From NCBI GenBank assembly GCA_030649945.1, contig JAUSFE010000050.1, forward strand, positions 1,859 through 65,858: 64,000 nt of DNA, in the 5' to 3' direction. The number at the start of each line of letters is the position of its first letter. Position 1 is the first letter of the stretch. Under the pieces are notes generated by a model, which was not told the DNA's origin, ran no database searches, and saw nothing but the letters and a program-made list of their open reading frames with translations. Of the stretch, positions 60,307 through 64,000 are shown one piece after another. This stretch comes from Dehalococcoidia bacterium. Lineage in GTDB: Bacteria; Chloroflexota; Dehalococcoidia; SM23-28-2; RBG-16-64-32. A program made the position numbers and the translations under genes.

Positions 60307-61917
60307 TTAGTGCCGGAAGGCCCGCGTGCCGGTGAAGACCATGGCCACGCCGTACTCGTTGCACACCGCCACCGCCTCCTCGTCACGGACGCCGCCGCCG
60401 GGCTGGATGACGGCGGTGACACCCGCCCGGCACGCCGCCTCGACGGCGTCGCCCCGCGCGAACGGGAAGAAGGCATCGGACGCGAGCACCGCGCCCTGCG
60501 CCCGCTCGCCGGCGCGCTCGATGGCCTGCTGCGTGGGCCAGAGGCGGTTGGGCTGGCCGGCGCCGATGCCGACGGCGGCCCCGTCGCGGGCGACGACGAT
60601 GGCGTTGGACCGGACGTGCTTGAGCGCGGTCCAGGCGAAGCGCAGGTCCGCCAGCTCGCCGGCCGTGGGGGCCCGCTTTGTGACCACGCGCAGCTCCAGT
60701 TCGTCCGCGCGGCGGGTGTCCCGCTGCTGGACGAGCATGCCACCGATGATGCTGCGGTATTCGAGCGCCGGGCTCCCGCGCTCCGCCTCCCCTTTGGACA
60801 GACCTGAAGGTGTGTCCCTACGGTTGCTCGCGGGCGCTGCTGCTCCTTCGATGAGCAGGATGCGCAGGTCGCGCCGTTTTCGCAAGCGCTCCAGGGCGGC
60901 GGCGTCGTAGGCCGGCGCGACGATGATGTCGTAACGCTTGCCCTTCATCGCCTCGGTCATGTCCCAGGTGACGGGGCGGTTGGCGGCGATGATGCCGCCG
61001 AAGGGCGAGACGGGATCGCAGTCATAGGCACGCTCGTAGGCGACGGCGATGTCGGCGTGGGAGGCGATGCCGCAGGGCGTGGCGTGCTTGACGATGACTA
61101 CCGTGGGGCCGGCGAACTCGGTGGCCGCGCGCCAGGCGGCGTCGGCGTCGAGGTAGTTCAGGTAGGACATCTCCAGGCCGTGCAGGCGCTCCGCCGCCAG
61201 CAACCCCGTGGCCGGCCCCGGGGCGTCTTCCCGGTAGAGCGCCGCCTTCTGGTGGGGGTTCTCGCCGTAGCGCAGCTCCGCCGCCTGCTGGAGGCCGACC
61301 GTGACCTGCGGCGGAAAGAGCGGCTCGCCCGCGCGCAGATACTGCGCGATGGCCGTGTCGTAAGCGGCGACGTGCTGGAAGGCCTTGGCGGCGAGGCCCC
61401 GGTGGTACTCCGCGTCATCGGGGCTGGGGCCCTGATCTACGGAAGCGCGCAGGTGGTCCAGGGCCTGCTCATAGTCGGCGGGGTCTACGACGACGAGGAC
61501 GGACGGGTGGTTCTTGGCGGCGGCGCGCAGCATGGCCGGCCCGCCGATATCGATGTTCTCCAGCGCCTCCTCGACCGTGACGCCGGGCCGGGCGATCGTT
61601 TCGCGGAAGGGGTAGAGATTGACGCAGACGAGGTCTATGGGCGGGATCTCGCTGCGGCGCAGCTCCTCCATGTGCTCCGGCTTGTCGCGCCGGGCCAGGA
61701 TGCCGCCGTGGACCATGGGATGCAGCGTCTTCACGCGGCCGTCCAGGATCTCCGGGAAGCCGGTGAGCGACGAGACCGAGTGGACGGGGAGGCCGGCCTC
61801 CTCCGCCAGGTAGCGCTGCGTGCCGCTGGTGGAGTAGATATCGAAGCCCAGCTCCGCCAGGCCGAAGGCGAACTCCTTGAGGCCGGTCTTATCGTAGGGC
61901 GCGAGGAGGGCGATCAT
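60307..61917 (-). CDS. purH: bifunctional AICAR transformylase / IMP cyclohydrolase PurH
   Basis: MGS-like N-terminal domain (MIALLAPYDKTGLKEF...), KTLHPMVHGGIL, C-terminal AICARFT domain; carries an about 20-aa in-frame insert (see repeat at 60775-60850); the ORF-track 5' extension to 62244 is rejected. Confidence 0.85.
   Translation of the reverse strand: MIALLAPYDKTGLKEFAFGLAELGFDIYSTSGTQRYLAEEAGLPVHSVSSLTGFPEILDGRVKTLHPMVHGGILARRDKPEHMEELRRSEIPPIDLVCVNLYPFRETIARPGVTVEEALENIDIGGPAMLRAAAKNHPSVLVVVDPADYEQALDHLRASVDQGPSPDDAEYHRGLAAKAFQHVAAYDTAIAQYLRAGEPLFPPQVTVGLQQAAELRYGENPHQKAALYREDAPGPATGLLAAERLHGLEMSYLNYLDADAAWRAATEFAGPTVVIVKHATPCGIASHADIAVAYERAYDCDPVSPFGGIIAANRPVTWDMTEAMKGKRYDIIVAPAYDAAALERLRKRRDLRILLIEGAAAPASNRRDTPSGLSKGEAERGSPALEYRSIIGGMLVQQRDTRRADELELRVVTKRAPTAGELADLRFAWTALKHVRSNAIVVARDGAAVGIGAGQPNRLWPTQQAIERAGERAQGAVLASDAFFPFARGDAVEAACRAGVTAVIQPGGGVRDEEAVAVCNEYGVAMVFTGTRAFRH
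60775..60850. mobile_element. family-R3-like repeat (GACCTGAAGGTGTGTCCCTACGG) inserted in-frame within purH
   Basis: Encodes the extra segment AAPASNRRDTPSGLSKGEAERGSPA, which is absent from canonical PurH. Motif matches the intergenic copies at 20950 and 46010. Confidence 0.55.
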
Positions 61918-62369
61918 CCGACGGTGATCTCCCCGCCGCCCTCTTCTTCGCCGTACTCCTCCAGGAACTCGTCCGCCACCTCTTCGTCCACCTCGCCGGT
62001 GCCGTCGCAGAGGGGGCAGGTGACCTTGCCGGGCGTGCGCTCGTCCAGGCCCTGGTACTCCATGAGCTTGCCTTGCTCCACCCAGATGTAGGTGCGGTCG
62101 GGGTCGTAGCCGCCGACGCCCTCGACCGGGTGCGCCTCCCCATCCTCCTCCACGATGTGGACCTCTCTGCGGTCGCTCAGGTGGTCGCGGAAGAAGGCTT
62201 CCAGGGCGCCGGACTCGCTCTTGGCCTCCACCTCTTCCTCCCACTCCGTCTCAGACACGTACTCCGCGTTCGCGCGGTAGAGGCGCGCGGCGGCCGTGAC
62301 CATGGACGGGTCGCGGGCGGCGGGATGGTTCACCTCGCGCTCGGCGTAGTAGATGCGGTAGGTAGGCAT
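61914..62369 (-). CDS. hypothetical acidic protein (151 aa) translationally coupled to purH
   Basis: Stop overlaps the purH ATG. C-terminal CPLCDGTG and a poly-E tail. No family assignment. Confidence 0.5.
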   Translation of the reverse strand: MPTYRIYYAEREVNHPAARDPSMVTAAARLYRANAEYVSETEWEEEVEAKSESGALEAFFRDHLSDRREVHIVEEDGEAHPVEGVGGYDPDRTYIWVEQGKLMEYQGLDERTPGKVTCPLCDGTGEVDEEVADEFLEEYGEEEGGGEITVG

Positions 62370-62406
62370 TGTCCAGGTGTCAGGTGTCAGGTGACAGGTG
62401 TCAGCA
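62370..62406. repeat. heptanucleotide repeat (CAGGTGT/CAGGTGA)x4 directly abutting the start codon of the 61914..62369 gene
   Basis: TGTCCAGGTGTCAGGTGTCAGGTGACAGGTGTCAGC seen in the sequence. Confidence 0.75.
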
Positions 62407-62722
62407 GCGGCGATGCCAGGAGCAAGAGTGGTTCGAACGGGCGAAGCTGGCCGGTACCGCGGTCAACTTCAAGAAGGAGGCCCATCAGCGTCGATAGGCC
62501 AAGGACCGCTCCATTCGCGTCCTCGGAGACCGAGAAGGAGGCGATGCTCGAGTGCCCTTCGCGGCGGAATGTGGCGTAAGAATCAGAAAGCCCCAGTTCT
62601 TCCACGAGTGCGCGCGGCAGGATGGCGATGGGGTGGTTCACATCAACCGTCGCATCGATGGTTGTGCAGCGTCCGGGCGATCGAGGGTTGCTGATCGTCA
62701 CCTGCAGTGTCACGTGTCCCAT
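62387..62722 (-). CDS. hypothetical protein (111 aa)
   Basis: ORF track; no recognisable motif; stop overlaps the heptanucleotide repeat. Confidence 0.35.
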   Translation of the reverse strand: MGHVTLQVTISNPRSPGRCTTIDATVDVNHPIAILPRALVEELGLSDSYATFRREGHSSIASFSVSEDANGAVLGLSTLMGLLLEVDRGTGQLRPFEPLLLLASPLLTPVT

Positions 62723-63834
62723 TCTACTCCGTTGCCCTTCACCACCTCGCCGATCTTGCGCGCCTCTGGCAACTGCGACTGCACGCCGGCCGCGTCCGCC
62801 GGCGCCACGGCCAGGACGATGCCCACGCCCATGTTGAACGTGCGGAACATCTCCTCTTCGTCGATGCCCCCGTGCTCCTGGATCAACCTGAACAGCGCCG
62901 GCACACGCCAGGCTGAGCGGTCGATGTGCACGCCGAGGCCGGCGGGCAGGATGCGCGGGACGTTGCCGGGGATGCCGCCGCCGGTAATGTGGGCGATGCC
63001 TCTGATTGGAGGTTGGAGGTTGGAGGTTAGAGGTTGGAGGTTAGACCCTTCGGCTGCGCTCAGGGCAGGGGTTGGAGGTTGGAGCAGCGGGCGCAGGTCT
63101 GGCAGGTAGCAGCGGTGGGGCGCCAGGAGGGCGTCGCCGAGGCTGCCCTCCAGGCCCGGGAAGTTCGAGTTGAGGACGGCGCGCTCGGCCCCGGCGTCGC
63201 GGTCCAGGCCCACGCCGAAGACCTTGCGCACGAGCGAGTAGCCGTTGGTGTGCAGGCCCCTGGAGGGCAGCGCCAGGAGGACATCGCCCGCGCGGATGCG
63301 GGAACCGTCAATCACCGCGTCGCGCTCGACGACGCCGACGATGAAGCCAGCCAGGTCGAAGTCACCCTCGGCGTAGGTGCCGGGCATGTCCGCCGTCTCG
63401 CCGCCCAGGAGCGCGCAGCCGGCCTCGCGGCAGGCCTCCACGCAGCCGCGCACGAGGTCGGCCTTGGCGTCGTCGCTGAGGCCGCAGTTGCCGATGTAGT
63501 CCAGGAAGAAGAGGGGCTCCGCGCCGGCCGTCAGGATGTCGTTGACGCAGTGGTTGACGAGGTCGTGGCCGACGGTGTCGTAGCGGCCGAGCAGCGAGGC
63601 GAGCTTGACCTTGGTGCCCACGCTGTCCGTGCTGGCCACGAGGACCGGCTCGCGGTAGGCGCCGAGGCGGAAGAGGCCGGCGAAGGGGCCGACGTCCGCC
63701 AGCACCTCCGGCCGGCGCGCGCTCTTCGCCAGCTCCGCGATGCGCGAAACCAGCCGCTCGGCAGCGTCGATGTCCACGCCGGCGGCGGCGTAGGAAGGGC
63801 GCGGAGTCTCGGTCACGCGCGTATTATCCCGCAA
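62710..63834 (-). CDS. purM: phosphoribosylformylglycinamidine cyclo-ligase (AIR synthetase) PurM
   Basis: AIRS N- and C-domains (VASTDSVGTKVKLA, GHDLVNHCVNDIL, GYSLVRKV, IAHITGGG); contains an in-frame repeat insertion at about 63000-63070. Confidence 0.85.
   Translation of the reverse strand: MRDNTRVTETPRPSYAAAGVDIDAAERLVSRIAELAKSARRPEVLADVGPFAGLFRLGAYREPVLVASTDSVGTKVKLASLLGRYDTVGHDLVNHCVNDILTAGAEPLFFLDYIGNCGLSDDAKADLVRGCVEACREAGCALLGGETADMPGTYAEGDFDLAGFIVGVVERDAVIDGSRIRAGDVLLALPSRGLHTNGYSLVRKVFGVGLDRDAGAERAVLNSNFPGLEGSLGDALLAPHRCYLPDLRPLLQPPTPALSAAEGSNLQPLTSNLQPPIRGIAHITGGGIPGNVPRILPAGLGVHIDRSAWRVPALFRLIQEHGGIDEEEMFRTFNMGVGIVLAVAPADAAGVQSQLPEARKIGEVVKGNGVEWDT
63000..63070. mobile_element. 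family R6 + R5 repeat (GGTTGGAGGTTAGAGGTTGGAGGTTAGACC CTTCGGCTGCGCTCAGGGCAGG GGTTGGAGGTTGGAG) inserted in-frame within purM
   Basis: Encodes RPLLQPPTPALSAAEGSNLQPLTSNLQPP between the conserved LAPHRCYLPDL and IAHITGGG; same motifs occur intergenically at 44950 and 54540. Confidence 0.6.
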
Positions 63835-63872
63835 ACGGCGCGCGCTGCGACAGGGCCCGCCGGCGAAGGCCG

Positions 63873-64000
63873 TTATCTGTGTCCGTTACCCGTCGGTGCG
63901 ATGTTCTGGTTCATGCGGAAGAAGTTTGTCGGGTCGTACTTGTTCTTCAGGTCCACCATCGTCTGGTAGTGACTCCCGAAGCTTTCGCGTACGCGCTGGT
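63873..64000 (-). CDS. partial CDS (C-terminal end; gene continues beyond the window): FAD-linked oxidase, BBE-like C-terminal domain
   Basis: Manual translation: ...QRVRESFGSHYQTMVDLKNKYDPTNFFRMNQNIAPTGNGHR*, which is the berberine-bridge-enzyme C-terminal signature. Confidence 0.5.
   Translation of the reverse strand, partial: QRVRESFGSHYQTMVDLKNKYDPTNFFRMNQNIAPTGNGHR

Overview
High-GC (about 70%) bacterial chromosomal segment, densely coded. The gene content suggests a Chloroflexota/Thermomicrobia-like or deep actinobacterial organism, but this cannot be settled from the sequence alone; the pointers are a type-2 IleRS, a SpeH-type AdoMetDC, a split cytochrome b6/subunit IV bc-complex with cupredoxins, and both HspR and HrcA/CIRCE heat-shock control.

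Recognisable blocks in the window:
- Heat shock: hspR-dnaJ, and groES-groEL with a perfect CIRCE operator.
- Polyamine synthesis: speH, a deoxyhypusine-synthase-like gene, and agmatinase.
- The rpmH-rnpA-yidD-yidC-jag cluster.
- ileS preceded by a T-box leader.
- lysA.
- A complete Pho locus: phoB/phoR-like two-component pair, an mgsA/phosphatase islet, and pstSCAB-phoU.
- A tandem array of four alpha/beta-hydrolase + class III adenylyl-cyclase fusion paralogs.
- A bc-type respiratory complex operon.
- purH and purM.

The genome is saturated with at least eight families of short dispersed palindromic (REP/MITE-like) repeats, three of which are inserted in-frame inside protein-coding genes (cyclase copy C, purH, purM).

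The most striking candidate is an unannotated small gene at 53805..54236 (+). It encodes a ferredoxin-thioredoxin-reductase-catalytic-subunit-like protein with two in-frame UGA codons exactly at the two redox-active Cys positions, each followed by a hairpin about 13-15 nt downstream. That makes it a putative double-selenocysteine (diselenide) oxidoreductase. It sits convergent to two tandem, unannotated desulforedoxin-like genes.

All coordinates derived by hand are approximate to a few nt.
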